Below are positions 47,612 through 57,840 of a stretch of DNA of 64,000 nt, piece by piece. Position numbers and translations under genes: made by a program. Source of the DNA: Candidatus Margulisiibacteriota bacterium (GTDB lineage: Bacteria > Margulisbacteria > Marinamargulisbacteria > JBFWNS01); the NCBI GenBank assembly GCA_050250935.1, contig JBFWNS010000002.1, forward strand, positions 199,793 through 263,792. Direction: 5' to 3'. A model generated the notes under the pieces. The model was not told the origin of the DNA. It saw only the letters and a program-made list of their open reading frames with translations, and made no database searches. Numbering within the stretch: the first letter of the stretch is position 1; each line of letters opens with the position of its first letter.

Positions 47612-48862
47612 CTACCCTTCCAGCTTGGTAACACAAGCCCCGATGCAGGCATTGGTATACAGATCCACCGACACCCGAACCATGTCGAAAAACACAGAAG
47701 ACCCAATCAAAAACCCAACCCCTTGAACGGGTAATCCTACCAAATGCAGCACCATGGCCACGGCCACCAAGCCGGTTCCAGGAAGCCCTAAACAAACCAG
47801 AACCGACAGATAAGACGCCCCTAAAATTAAAATTTGTTTGAACAACGACACCTCGACCCCATAGAGTTGAATGATAAAAAACACAGACACAATGGTGTAA
47901 ATGAGGGTTCCTTGCAGGCAAAAAATGGATCCCAGGGACAGGGGAACCGCCGACAATCGCTGAGGCCCGCTGGTTTTTTTAATGACCCGGGTTAAAGCTG
48001 CAGGTAGGCCCAAGAACGGGTTTCGGGTCAAAGTTGCAATCAGGGTGGCTGGCAAAACCCTGGAAAAAAACCGCAGGGGTTTCAACTTGGCCAAAGCGGC
48101 AGACACAAACCCCAATACCACAAAGGTATGAACAAAATAGGCCAAAGCCAGGGTTCCCGCATAGACCAAAAAGGGGGCTGTCAGCTGGACATTGTTTTCG
48201 CCAATGGCTTGGGCCAACAAACATCCCAACCCCAGCGGTGATATCCACATTACCCCTTTTACCCAAACCAAAAAAATGGCGTGCAAACTCTCAAAAAACC
48301 GATGGGCGGCTTGGACCTTTGTACCCAAGGTCATTAAACTGAGGCCAAAAACCAAGGCAATGACCACCGATGCCCCCAAATAGCCTTCGCCAAAGGCTTT
48401 AATAATGTGCTCGGGAAAGAACCGCCGAAACACATCGATCAGCAAGGCTTTGTCCAAGGGGATTTCCAGATTGGCTGGCACTGCTTGCAGGGGCACAGTG
48501 GCGCCATGGCCGGGCATCAAGATCAAGGCAGCACACCAGGCCACAACGGCCGAAACCCCAGCGGTTGCAGCCACCAACATCAAAAATTTGAAAACCGCCC
48601 AGGAAAATCGCCGAAGCGTCCCCAATTGCGCGACCCCCAAAATGACGGCACAAAAAACAAAGGGAATCAGTACCAACGATAAAACCCGCACATAGGCTTC
48701 GGCCATCAAACCCACCACAGGCAAAGCAGATTGCCACCACAAGCCGGTTGCTATCCCCCAGAGGGCGCAAAACAATACCGTGATTTCAAAACGGTAAAAG
48801 GCAAACCGTGCTTTGGTTGGGCGATTCACGATGTTAACACCACAAGGGGCTACCTGTGGCAA
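47612..48862 (-). CDS. Dicarboxylate/amino-acid:cation symporter (DAACS) family transporter
   Basis: FFESLHAIFLVWVKGVMWISPLGLG matches the DAACS FFDSL...W.M...P.G motif. SLGSIFCLQGTLIY lies in the position of the NMDGTALY motif. Confidence 0.6.
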   Translation of the reverse strand: MPQVAPCGVNIVNRPTKARFAFYRFEITVLFCALWGIATGLWWQSALPVVGLMAEAYVRVLSLVLIPFVFCAVILGVAQLGTLRRFSWAVFKFLMLVAATAGVSAVVAWCAALILMPGHGATVPLQAVPANLEIPLDKALLIDVFRRFFPEHIIKAFGEGYLGASVVIALVFGLSLMTLGTKVQAAHRFFESLHAIFLVWVKGVMWISPLGLGCLLAQAIGENNVQLTAPFLVYAGTLALAYFVHTFVVLGFVSAALAKLKPLRFFSRVLPATLIATLTRNPFLGLPAALTRVIKKTSGPQRLSAVPLSLGSIFCLQGTLIYTIVSVFFIIQLYGVEVSLFKQILILGASYLSVLVCLGLPGTGLVAVAMVLHLVGLPVQGVGFLIGSSVFFDMVRVSVDLYTNACIGACVTKLEG

Positions 48863-48939
48863 CGTCCACCGGTTTTGACCCCATTTTGTCTCTCATTGGT
48901 GCTAGTGTATCGCTTTTCTTGGGGGTCCGACAAGCTCGT

Positions 48940-49752
48940 TTAGTCGGGAACTTCATAGCTGATGCCCCCACATTTTCCCGATCGCACATCGGTTAAAAAT
49001 TGGGTGGCGGTTTTTTCGAGGTTCACCTCTCCGCCAGGGATCAGGAGTCCACGTTTTTGGCCCAATTGCTGCAACAATTCGGCAGGGCTGTGGTCCAGAT
49101 TCAAAAACGGATAGCGGGCCAACAGCGCTTTGGGATAGTGCTGAACCAAATGTGTCATCACCCAGAGGGCCAGCTCTTGGGGATCAATTAAATCCGAGGA
49201 AATGGTGCCTGTGGCGGCCAACATGGCCCCTTGCTCTTCCGAAGCAATTTTGGGCCAGAGCAACCCCGGCGAATCCAACAACTTGATGTTTTTCAACGCA
49301 TCGATCCACCGCAATTGGCGGGTGACACCAGGTCTATTTTCGGCTTTGGCAGTTTTTTTGCCGACCAAGATATTAATTAAGGTGGATTTGCCCACGTTGG
49401 GAATGCCAATGACCATGACATTGACCGGACCCTTTTTAGCGTGTTTTTCGCAGGCTTTAACCAAGTCGAGCTTGCCTTGTCCTGTTTTTCCGTTGACTTG
49501 AACCACGGTTTCTTTTTGCAAAGCCAACGCTTTTTTCCACTGCTGGGTTTTGGCAGGATCGGCCAAATCGGATTTGGTAAAAACCACAATTCGGGGTTTA
49601 TGCGGAGCCAGTTCCAACAACACAGGATTTCGGCTGGCCAAAGGACAGCGGGCATCCACCACCTCGACCACCACATCGGTAAATTTGAGGTTGGATTTCA
49701 GTTCTGAAATTGCTTTGGCCATGTGGCCTGGAAACCATTGAACCCCCTTCAC
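48940..49752 (-). CDS. rbgA: Ribosome biogenesis GTPase A (YlqF/RbgA)
   Basis: Circularly permuted GTPase: MKGVQWFPGHMAKA N-terminus, then G4 (TKSD) before G1 (GIPNVGKST). Confidence 0.85.
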   Translation of the reverse strand: MKGVQWFPGHMAKAISELKSNLKFTDVVVEVVDARCPLASRNPVLLELAPHKPRIVVFTKSDLADPAKTQQWKKALALQKETVVQVNGKTGQGKLDLVKACEKHAKKGPVNVMVIGIPNVGKSTLINILVGKKTAKAENRPGVTRQLRWIDALKNIKLLDSPGLLWPKIASEEQGAMLAATGTISSDLIDPQELALWVMTHLVQHYPKALLARYPFLNLDHSPAELLQQLGQKRGLLIPGGEVNLEKTATQFLTDVRSGKCGGISYEVPD

Positions 49753-50834
49753 AACCGATACTCCGAGGCCAGGACCACTTTTCGGCGGTATTCCATTTCA
49801 TCGTAGACCTGTTTGATGACAACGTTGATGGTTCCAGCAACCGGCAGGGCAAACAACATGCCCCAAAAACCAAATAGGCTGCCACCGAGCATCACCGAAA
49901 ACAGAATCAACAAGGGATGTAGGTTAATGCTTCGGGAATGAATGACGGGTTGGATAAACACATTGTCGATCAGCTGAACCACGGCAAAGGCCACCACCAC
50001 CCAAATCATGCGCTCCCAAGAATGGGTATTCATGTACACCATCACCACAGCCGGCAAGGTGCCGCTGACAGGTCCCAAATAGGGCACCAAGTTACAAATA
50101 CCGGCAAAGGTGCCGATTAGCAAGGCATAGGGGACATCCAACATCAACAAGGCTGCAATGGACAAAACAGCCACCAGAACAGACTCCAAAAAAATCCCCC
50201 GCAAATAGTTGCCCAACTGGGTACCGATGCGGTGCATTAAATTCAAGGTGATTTCGAAATATTGATTCGGAATGGCGGCCAACACTTGTCGTTTCATGTC
50301 GTGACGCTGGAGTAAGAAAAAAAACAAAATAAAGGGCACCAACAACAGCGACGAAATGGTGGCGACCAAGGACAAAATAAAGGTTGGAATTTGCTTGATG
50401 GTCCCCAAAATCCAGGTTTGAAGGCGCTGCTGGGCTTCGTCGACCAAATGAAACCGATCCAACCAGCCATAGTGTTGATCGAAATTCTGTTGGACCATGG
50501 TGACCAAGGCCTCGGTTTTTGACACATCTTGGGGCATATTTTGAATTAACAATTGCACTTCTTTGGTGGCCAAAGGGGTCACCAGCATCACCACGCTGCC
50601 CACCAAAACGAGGGCGGTCACATACAAAATGATCACTGCCACCAAGCGGTTTTTAACCACAGATTCCAATCGGTTAACCAAGGGTGTCAGCAAATAGGCC
50701 AAGACAAAGGCCACCGCAAAAGGCATTAACACATCTTGAATGGCCCAAAGCCCCAAGACCAAAACCACCCCAACAATCCCCCAAATCAGCAAGCGCTGAA
50801 ACGGGGATAAGCCAAACACATTACTCATGCCCAA
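49749..50834 (-). CDS. AI-2E family transporter (UPF0118/PerM-like)
   Basis: 8-TM profile and characteristic C-terminal GxxG/VAG region (LFALPVAGTINV). Confidence 0.8.
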   Translation of the reverse strand: MGMSNVFGLSPFQRLLIWGIVGVVLVLGLWAIQDVLMPFAVAFVLAYLLTPLVNRLESVVKNRLVAVIILYVTALVLVGSVVMLVTPLATKEVQLLIQNMPQDVSKTEALVTMVQQNFDQHYGWLDRFHLVDEAQQRLQTWILGTIKQIPTFILSLVATISSLLLVPFILFFFLLQRHDMKRQVLAAIPNQYFEITLNLMHRIGTQLGNYLRGIFLESVLVAVLSIAALLMLDVPYALLIGTFAGICNLVPYLGPVSGTLPAVVMVYMNTHSWERMIWVVVAFAVVQLIDNVFIQPVIHSRSINLHPLLILFSVMLGGSLFGFWGMLFALPVAGTINVVIKQVYDEMEYRRKVVLASEYRL

Positions 50835-51300
50835 AAACCCTGTGTTTGGCCTGAAGGCGAAGGCTTAAAATACGAACCATGCCCCGAAGCAATTTTCTGG
50901 CCAGTGCCGGATCCCGTTCTTCGAGTCCAGACAAATCGGCTTGAAAAAAGCCCCAAACCACCGTGTCTTCCAAGGCCGTGGCTTGGGCCAAGCGTGGCAA
51001 GGGTTCGATTAAGGAGATTTCGCCAAAAACGGCACCGGGTTGTAATTCAACACTGCCCGACAAGGTGACGCCTTGGATGCGAACCCGCCCAGACAGCACA
51101 ATATAGAATCCCGTTCCCGGTTCTTTTTCATGAAAAATCGTCTCGAAAGCGTGGTAACGTCGTTCGTGCAAATAATCCAACAAGGCCGCCAATTCAAATC
51201 GAGAAAATTCTGCCAAAAGCGGGGCCTGAGCCAAAATAGCCAGTTTGTCCCCTTCGGTTAACTGTCGAACCACATTTCCCCACATCCAAGACGTCGCCAT
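50821..51300 (-). CDS. Cyclic-nucleotide-binding (CAP-family) domain protein
   Basis: FGEISLIE...RLA..T.A cNMP-binding signature; 14-nt overlap with the downstream transporter start. Confidence 0.75.
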   Translation of the reverse strand: MATSWMWGNVVRQLTEGDKLAILAQAPLLAEFSRFELAALLDYLHERRYHAFETIFHEKEPGTGFYIVLSGRVRIQGVTLSGSVELQPGAVFGEISLIEPLPRLAQATALEDTVVWGFFQADLSGLEERDPALARKLLRGMVRILSLRLQAKHRVFGHE

Positions 51301-51342
51301 GTTGATTATCCTTACTCAAAAATCTGTGAAGTAGCGTTTATT

Positions 51343-52110
51343 CTAGCCTTTTCGCAATAAAATCGCCATAAACAGCGGAAATTCTTGGCGGGCCCGGTTT
51401 TCGCGCTGGGCATGTCGGCCTTGGCTTTGTTTGTCCGAGGCCCATTCTTCGAGGGTTTCGATAAACAAATTGTTTTTGGCAAAAACAGAACAATAGTCCT
51501 GCAAAGACCGGTGAAAAGACCAGGTTAAAGTCGATTTGGTTTTGCCTGGCGTCATGTCGATGGGAATTTTTTGGGGGGATAAATAGGCGTCTACGCGGCG
51601 GAATTGGGTATCGGTTTGGTCGTCGATTTCCCAAGAAGTTGATTTGGGGATGCGAAAATAAGGGTGATTGAGCACAATCAAACACTGGCCATCTTTTTTG
51701 AGATGTTTGCGCACATTGGCCATGACAGTCCCCAAATCGGCCATGTTTTGCAGGCATAAAATCATGACGACATGGGTGAAATTGGTTTTGGTTAGGCCAA
51801 AAGGTTGGGCCACATTTTGAACCTTAAAAAACCGGGTAGAGGTTGCCGATGTTTTTAGGGTTTTGGCCGATTCAATTAAAGAGGGCGAAGCATCCAGTCC
51901 AAAATAGGTTACCGCATCGGGAATCACCCGAGACAGCACCCCTTGGCCACAGCCCAAATCCAAGACCGAACTCTTGGCATCGAGATTCAACAAGCGCAAC
52001 ACCCCAGGCAAAATAACGTTCTGGTGATAATAGCTGCCCAGCTCGCCAACTTGGTCTGAATAGGTTTTGGCAACCGGTTCCCAGGATGTTTTTCCTTTTG
52101 GCTTTGGCAT
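51343..52110 (-). CDS. Class I SAM-dependent methyltransferase
   Basis: Motif I VLDLGCGQGVLS; start codon overlaps the pdxH stop (TAATG). Confidence 0.8.
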   Translation of the reverse strand: MPKPKGKTSWEPVAKTYSDQVGELGSYYHQNVILPGVLRLLNLDAKSSVLDLGCGQGVLSRVIPDAVTYFGLDASPSLIESAKTLKTSATSTRFFKVQNVAQPFGLTKTNFTHVVMILCLQNMADLGTVMANVRKHLKKDGQCLIVLNHPYFRIPKSTSWEIDDQTDTQFRRVDAYLSPQKIPIDMTPGKTKSTLTWSFHRSLQDYCSVFAKNNLFIETLEEWASDKQSQGRHAQRENRARQEFPLFMAILLRKG

Positions 52111-52697
52111 TAGGGATACAACCGTTGGGACACCCATTGCCCCGATTCTAGGGTATAGCGAAACCGGTCGTGTAATCGAAAGGCCCCTTCGATCCAAAAT
52201 TCAAATTCGACGGGAACCACCCGGTAACCGTGCCAATGGTCTGGCCTTGGAATTTCCCGATTCAAAAAGTGTTGATTAAGCTCGGAAACGGCTTGTTCCA
52301 GGGTTTGTCGGCTATCCAAAACCCGGCTTTGTTGAGAGGCTACGGCCCCCAGCTGACTTTCTTTGGGTCTGGAATGAAAATAATCGTCGGCAGCTCTGCC
52401 CTCTACGGGTTCAACCCGACCCCGAATGCGCACTTGTTTTTTTAAAGACTCCCAAAAAAACAACAAGGCCACATTGGGATTGGCGTCCAGTTCATGGCCT
52501 TTAACCGATTGGGCATTGGTGTAGAACACAAACCCAGATTCATCCATGTCTTTAAGCAATAAGATTCTGCTATTGGGTCGACCTGCGGCATCAACCGTAG
52601 AAACCGTCATGGCATTGGGATAGGTTAATCCGGTTTGGGTGAGGGCTTCTTGGTACCAAATTTTGAATTGGTTGAAGGGGTTGGAATCCAGAATCAT
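52110..52697 (-). CDS. pdxH: Pyridoxamine 5-prime-phosphate oxidase
   Basis: Canonical PdxH motifs (RILLLKDMDESGFVFYTN, EFWIEGAFRLHDR). Confidence 0.9.
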   Translation of the reverse strand: MILDSNPFNQFKIWYQEALTQTGLTYPNAMTVSTVDAAGRPNSRILLLKDMDESGFVFYTNAQSVKGHELDANPNVALLFFWESLKKQVRIRGRVEPVEGRAADDYFHSRPKESQLGAVASQQSRVLDSRQTLEQAVSELNQHFLNREIPRPDHWHGYRVVPVEFEFWIEGAFRLHDRFRYTLESGQWVSQRLYP

Positions 52698-52757
52698 GGG
52701 GCTTCAGTATATCGAAAGGGTGCAATTTCCGGCAAATCCGCCCGATGACTTAATACC

Positions 52758-54179
52758 ATGATTAAGAAACTGGTTGCGGTTTCAAGCCGACTCCCTTGGC
52801 TATCGGGAGATGCCGACCTGATACCCCTGACCCAAACCGATGTCATTCGTGACTTTCCAAGGACGGTCGGACATTCTTTTCACTATATTCGCGACCTTGG
52901 GGTTGTCCGCCCGGACGGGGTCGCCCTGCTGCCTTTCCATTGTTTTGAGGAGCAATGCGTGTTTTTGGGTACCTATATGGACCATTTTTGCGAAGGCACC
53001 CCTTGGAACTACGAACTCGGAAAAGGGATTTATATGGACCAAAAACAACAAGCACGCTCAGCTTTTTTAAATTCTGGGCATCGGCTCTATCAAACCAACC
53101 TTTGCCTGGAGGGTGGAAACGTTCAGTACTTTTTAACTGCCAATGGTGAGCAGGGAGCTGTCGTTGGAATGAGCACCCTTTTAATGAGCTACGCCTACCT
53201 TAAATCCACAAAACATCTTAACAGGAAATCGACTTTTAGCCCATTTTCGGCCAAGCTTCCGGAAACCCTGACCCTTGATTTTCTCAAAAATCTGGCTCTT
53301 CGATTTAAAGTGTACGAATTATTTGAAAAATTGAAACAGAAAAACAAGGAATACCAGTTTTGTCTGGACTGGGGAACAAACCCAATAAAAGAGAGAAACA
53401 CCCTTTTAAACGTCATTGGAAAAATGATGGCCTTGCAAACAGCTTTTCGAGGTTCAGAGTCCCCATCCCCTACCCTTTTAGGATATTATAATCAGCTTAA
53501 TGCTCTGAAACTGACCTATCCTAATTACACCCAATGGGCGACCGCCACCCTCCAAAACGCCCCTCTTAGGTTGGCCTCGGGTTTAGAAAACACCTGTCAG
53601 GCCTTGGCACTCGCCTTGGGTGTTTCTGTTGGGAACTTGGGGATTCTTCTCCCCATCGAGTATCACTTGGACATGTTCATGGCGATTTCTCCTGAAGGAA
53701 AAGCGTTACTAAACGATCCCCAACGGGTTGAACAGGCACTTAAAAAAAGTCCCCACTATTCGGCCTATCCCACAGTGGAAGAAGGTAGACCCCATCATGA
53801 GAGCGAAATTTTAGAGATCCAGGAAGCGGTCAGGGTCAACGAAGCCGTCTTACAAGATTTGGGGCTCGAGGTTTTCAGGGTGGCTGGGACCTTTAAATTA
53901 AACCCGACGATGCCCCGTACTTTCCCTGAAGACACGGTTATGAATTTGATGAATGGGGTTTTTATCGATTATAGAGGTTCGAAGCTTTTTGTCACCGCAG
54001 GTCCTGCCCAGGGGTTCCAAGAATTGATGCCTTTTGCAGAGTCGTTTAAAACCCAACTCGAGTCGCTTGGCTACAGCCTCTTTTTGTTGCCACCCGAGCT
54101 ATCAACAGCCCTTCTGGCACAGAATGCGGGGTTTCATTGTGTGACCCAATCAAGAGACTTCAGCCCCTCGGATTTCTAA
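52758..54179 (+). CDS. Paralog 1 of a three-member family, putative guanidino-group-modifying (amidinotransferase/pentein-fold) enzyme
   Basis: Shares with 54201-55601 and 57841-59637 the motifs F.RDLG..DGVAL.P, LCLEGGNVQ, YHLDM and C-terminal GFHCVTQ (GxHC). This is the Asp / EGG / H-x-D / C-terminal Cys order of the ADI/AgDI/DDAH superfamily. Confidence 0.45.
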   Translation: MIKKLVAVSSRLPWLSGDADLIPLTQTDVIRDFPRTVGHSFHYIRDLGVVRPDGVALLPFHCFEEQCVFLGTYMDHFCEGTPWNYELGKGIYMDQKQQARSAFLNSGHRLYQTNLCLEGGNVQYFLTANGEQGAVVGMSTLLMSYAYLKSTKHLNRKSTFSPFSAKLPETLTLDFLKNLALRFKVYELFEKLKQKNKEYQFCLDWGTNPIKERNTLLNVIGKMMALQTAFRGSESPSPTLLGYYNQLNALKLTYPNYTQWATATLQNAPLRLASGLENTCQALALALGVSVGNLGILLPIEYHLDMFMAISPEGKALLNDPQRVEQALKKSPHYSAYPTVEEGRPHHESEILEIQEAVRVNEAVLQDLGLEVFRVAGTFKLNPTMPRTFPEDTVMNLMNGVFIDYRGSKLFVTAGPAQGFQELMPFAESFKTQLESLGYSLFLLPPELSTALLAQNAGFHCVTQSRDFSPSDF

Positions 54180-54200
54180 GGAAGGATTAGCTTAAAACCG

Positions 54201-55601
54201 ATGGGCCTCAATAAACAGATAGCATTTTGTACCCGTCCTACTTGGATATCTGACATTCCAGAAGTCACGACCCCCGACAAGCTTCCGATTCCTTTTTTGC
54301 TGCCCAGGATTTCTTGCGGCTCTTTCACTTTTATTCGAGATTTGGGGATTATTGGGTTTGATGGGGTTGCACTTATCCCCACCCGATTTGAAGAATCGTT
54401 CCACCCTTTTCTAGAAGGTTATCTTCGTTGCTTTTCCCATGAGACCCAGCAGTGTGCCTATTATGGGACATCCCTGGGGATTGAAAACACAGCACTGGCC
54501 TACTCGGTTTTCAAACAAATGGGGCTGGCTACACGACAAACCGACCTCTGCCTGGAAGGGGGAAATGTTCAGTGTTTTGTAACCCCCGATGGCCGCCGGG
54601 GCGCTGTGATTGGCATTGGATCACTTTTGATGAACTACGCTTATCACAAATCCAACAAAACCCTTAAACGAGATCTGCACTTCACCGGATTTTCAGCAAA
54701 GTTTCCGAAAACCATAACGCCGGATTTCCTTAGAACCTTGGCCCTTCGGTTTAAACTTCACGAATTATTTACACAAAAGATCGATCTTACACGTCGTCTT
54801 GACGAACAACGGCGACAGGTTCGCGTACCAACACCCGACTCAGAAACCATTTCAACGGTTGTTTCGAAGCTTTGGGCACTTCGTCTGGCCATTCTGAAGA
54901 CGCGATTTAGCAACGACATTTTGGATCCCTTTCGGGTTTTGTATTGCCAGATGCCTTTTGTAATAAAAGAAAGCCATGATTACACAACTTGGGCCGAGCT
55001 TTGCATCGAAAGATTACCCCAGAAATTGTCGAGGGGGTTGGAAGCCACCAGTCAGACCATGGCAACCGTCTTGGGCATCCCAGCAGATCGCATGGGCTTT
55101 GTTCTCCAAACCGCCTACCATATCGACATGGCCATGAACACGTCTCCCCATGGCGATGTGTTGCTCCACGATCCCCAAAAAGTTAGCCCCCAAGCTTCTC
55201 CCGTTTTTCAATCGAACCGGACCATCGTAGATGACATCGTCTTTAGCACCTTTGGCATGCCAACCCTGGCCGATGACACCACCATCAACGAATCGGTTTT
55301 ACACGCACTGGGATTGCGGGTCTTCAGAGTCGCTGGCGCTTTTACAAGAAACAAAGCGACCGTTCTGAACCTGATTAATGGGGTATTTATCGACCACGGG
55401 GAGCATCGCATTTTTTTAGCCGCTGGCTGCGCAGACGATTCCGACTTTAGCGAACAGATCGATGCGTTTCGTCGGGTTTTGCAAGACCACTTTGGGTATA
55501 CGCTCGCATTAATTCCTCAAGCTCCCTCGAAGTGGCTTTATGACCATTGGGCTGGGGTTCGTTGTATTACCCTCGAGACCTCGCCTGGGGACGTGGGTTA
55601 A
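54201..55601 (+). CDS. Paralog 2 of the putative pentein-fold family
   Basis: About 55% identity to paralog 1 over the core; motifs LCLEGGNVQCF, YHIDMAM, GVRCITL; 22-bp gap after paralog 1. Confidence 0.45.
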   Translation: MGLNKQIAFCTRPTWISDIPEVTTPDKLPIPFLLPRISCGSFTFIRDLGIIGFDGVALIPTRFEESFHPFLEGYLRCFSHETQQCAYYGTSLGIENTALAYSVFKQMGLATRQTDLCLEGGNVQCFVTPDGRRGAVIGIGSLLMNYAYHKSNKTLKRDLHFTGFSAKFPKTITPDFLRTLALRFKLHELFTQKIDLTRRLDEQRRQVRVPTPDSETISTVVSKLWALRLAILKTRFSNDILDPFRVLYCQMPFVIKESHDYTTWAELCIERLPQKLSRGLEATSQTMATVLGIPADRMGFVLQTAYHIDMAMNTSPHGDVLLHDPQKVSPQASPVFQSNRTIVDDIVFSTFGMPTLADDTTINESVLHALGLRVFRVAGAFTRNKATVLNLINGVFIDHGEHRIFLAAGCADDSDFSEQIDAFRRVLQDHFGYTLALIPQAPSKWLYDHWAGVRCITLETSPGDVG

Positions 55602-55651
55602 GGAAGACTAGGCATATCCCTCAAAGGTTGTTACCTTTGTGGGTTACCTTT

Positions 55652-56872
55652 ATGCCAAAGAAAAAAGCCCAGATCGTTATTCCAGAATCGCTGAAAAGCA
55701 CCTCGAATTGTGTGCATTTTCCCACTTGTGGCGGCTGCCAGATGATGGACGTACCCTACCCCAACCAACTGGTGTTTAAACAGGCCCAGCTTTCGGATCT
55801 TTTCGCCAAAACCTTGCCGGATTTATTGCCCACGTTAAAGCCCATTATTGGGGCCGAGGTCACCCAATTCCACCGCAACAAAATGGAATTTTCCTTTGGC
55901 CAAGGCCGAAAAGAAGGCGACATCATCGACCCTACCCAGCTGGTTTTGGGGCTTAAACAACGGGGCCGTTTTGACGAGGTTGTGCCCATTTCCGACTGCA
56001 AACTTCAAGACCCGCAAACCAATGCGATTTTAGCTTTTACCCAAACCTTTTTCCAAAACCGTGGGCTACCCGGTTGGAGTGCTTTAAAACGCGGCGGGGT
56101 GTTGCGCCAATTGCTGTTGCGCCATGCCAAAGCCAGCGATACCTGGCTGGTGGTGGTGACGGCCAGCGAGTTTCACGAGGCGATTTTTAACGACTACGCT
56201 CGAGAGCTTCAAGCCAAATTTCCCAATGTGGTCAGTGTTTCCCATGCCCTCAACACCGGCCTTGGCGATGGCATTTTGGGCCTGCACCCCCAAACATTGT
56301 TGGCCGGGACGACCCACATTGAAGAACAACTGGGCCCTTACCGCTTTCGCATTTCCCCAGCCTCTTTTTTCCAAACCCATTCCAAACAAGCCGAAGTACT
56401 CTATGCCACCATTGCCAACGCGGTGACCATCACCCCCAACGATGTGGTGTTCGATTTGTATTGCGGCACCGGCACCATCGGGCTGTTTGTGGCCGACAAA
56501 GCCAAACATGTGTACGGCATCGAAGAAAACCCTGCGGCCATTTTAAACGCCATCGAAAACGCCAAACAAAACGGCATTCACAACGTGACCTTCAAAACCG
56601 AAAATGTCAAAAATTTCCTCAAATTCACCGATCTTAAACCCGATGTCGTGATTGTAGACCCACCCCGAGACGGCCTGATTCCCAAAGCCCTGCGGCGTTT
56701 GGTGGCCGCCCAACCCCAGCAGTTGGTCTATGTCTCTTGCAACCCCAACACCCTGGTGCGGGATTTGCCCGAGATTTTGGCCGGGGGCTATCGGGTGTTA
56801 AGCATTCAACCCGTGGACATGTTCCCCCACTCCCTACACGTGGAAGTGGTGGTTGGGCTTGCTCGGGTTTAG
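55652..56872 (+). CDS. 23S rRNA (uracil-C5)-methyltransferase, RlmD/RumA family
   Basis: 4Fe-4S Cys cluster CVHFPTCGGCQ and SAM motif DLYCGTGTIG. Start taken at the internal MPKKKA because the track ORF overlaps the upstream gene. Confidence 0.8.
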   Translation: MPKKKAQIVIPESLKSTSNCVHFPTCGGCQMMDVPYPNQLVFKQAQLSDLFAKTLPDLLPTLKPIIGAEVTQFHRNKMEFSFGQGRKEGDIIDPTQLVLGLKQRGRFDEVVPISDCKLQDPQTNAILAFTQTFFQNRGLPGWSALKRGGVLRQLLLRHAKASDTWLVVVTASEFHEAIFNDYARELQAKFPNVVSVSHALNTGLGDGILGLHPQTLLAGTTHIEEQLGPYRFRISPASFFQTHSKQAEVLYATIANAVTITPNDVVFDLYCGTGTIGLFVADKAKHVYGIEENPAAILNAIENAKQNGIHNVTFKTENVKNFLKFTDLKPDVVIVDPPRDGLIPKALRRLVAAQPQQLVYVSCNPNTLVRDLPEILAGGYRVLSIQPVDMFPHSLHVEVVVGLARV

Positions 56873-57714
56873 TTCAAACTAACGTCTTGGCCGTTGTTGT
56901 CTTTAAAGGTCAATGAGCCATCTTGATGGAACGTAAGGGTTCCGATTTTGACGCCATTGCGGAGCAACGAGCCTGACATGTATTGGTCTGGAGGCGTACC
57001 GCCCTCTAAAATATTGCCTGAATCGTAGGCTATATTGAGCACCGCGGAATAACTTGCATTTGAGTATGTAAATTGCATATTCATCGAACCAGAAACCGTT
57101 TGACGATTGGAAATAGGATGATAATTTGTATCCATTACAAACGCCCCAGATCCTGATATATCAGCACTAACATTGAGTATAAAACTGTTGCTTTTGTAGG
57201 TGACGGTTCCAGACAACACTTGATTGTGAAATTGAGAGGCATAAACATGGGTGGTATCGTTTCCGGTCACCATAAAGGTTTGATCACACAACATGTTCAC
57301 GCTAACCGTATACAAAGGCAAATCACCAATCTGGGTCATTTCATAAACATCGTGGTTCCAATTCACCTGATTGGGGTCCAACACCGATTTTGTCACCGGA
57401 TCCAAATGCCGCATTTTGCCTGTGAAAACGCCTTGATCGGTCGTCCAAGTATACGGTTCCCAACCATCTGCATCCACGGTCAGCAATTGGCGTTTTCCTG
57501 TGCTGGCACTTTGTACATTTGAACTTGAAGGCGTACTCATCCCCGCCTGTGCAGCAGAGACACCTTGGGCCATTTGTTTAACGGCAGCAACATCCTGGGC
57601 TGTTATGGCTGAATCAGAGGCCGCCGCCGTTGCTTGACCGCACCCTTGCAAAAACAACACCAAGCACAATCCTACAACACCCAACACAGCTGATTTTATT
57701 TTAAAAGATGTCAT
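56869..57714 (-). CDS. Lipoprotein of unknown function
   Basis: Signal peptide ending in lipobox LQGC; Ser/Thr/Asn-rich beta-like body. Confidence 0.6.
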   Translation of the reverse strand: MTSFKIKSAVLGVVGLCLVLFLQGCGQATAAASDSAITAQDVAAVKQMAQGVSAAQAGMSTPSSSNVQSASTGKRQLLTVDADGWEPYTWTTDQGVFTGKMRHLDPVTKSVLDPNQVNWNHDVYEMTQIGDLPLYTVSVNMLCDQTFMVTGNDTTHVYASQFHNQVLSGTVTYKSNSFILNVSADISGSGAFVMDTNYHPISNRQTVSGSMNMQFTYSNASYSAVLNIAYDSGNILEGGTPPDQYMSGSLLRNGVKIGTLTFHQDGSLTFKDNNGQDVSLN

Positions 57715-57840
57715 CCCTTACTCCTTTTATAGATCCCTTTAATTAAGTTTCGATATAAGCTTCACTATTTCATTAACTATCAATTATCGATTTTTAGAAA
57801 AATAAATTGCAAAATTTTAAGGATCAATACTTTAAACTAA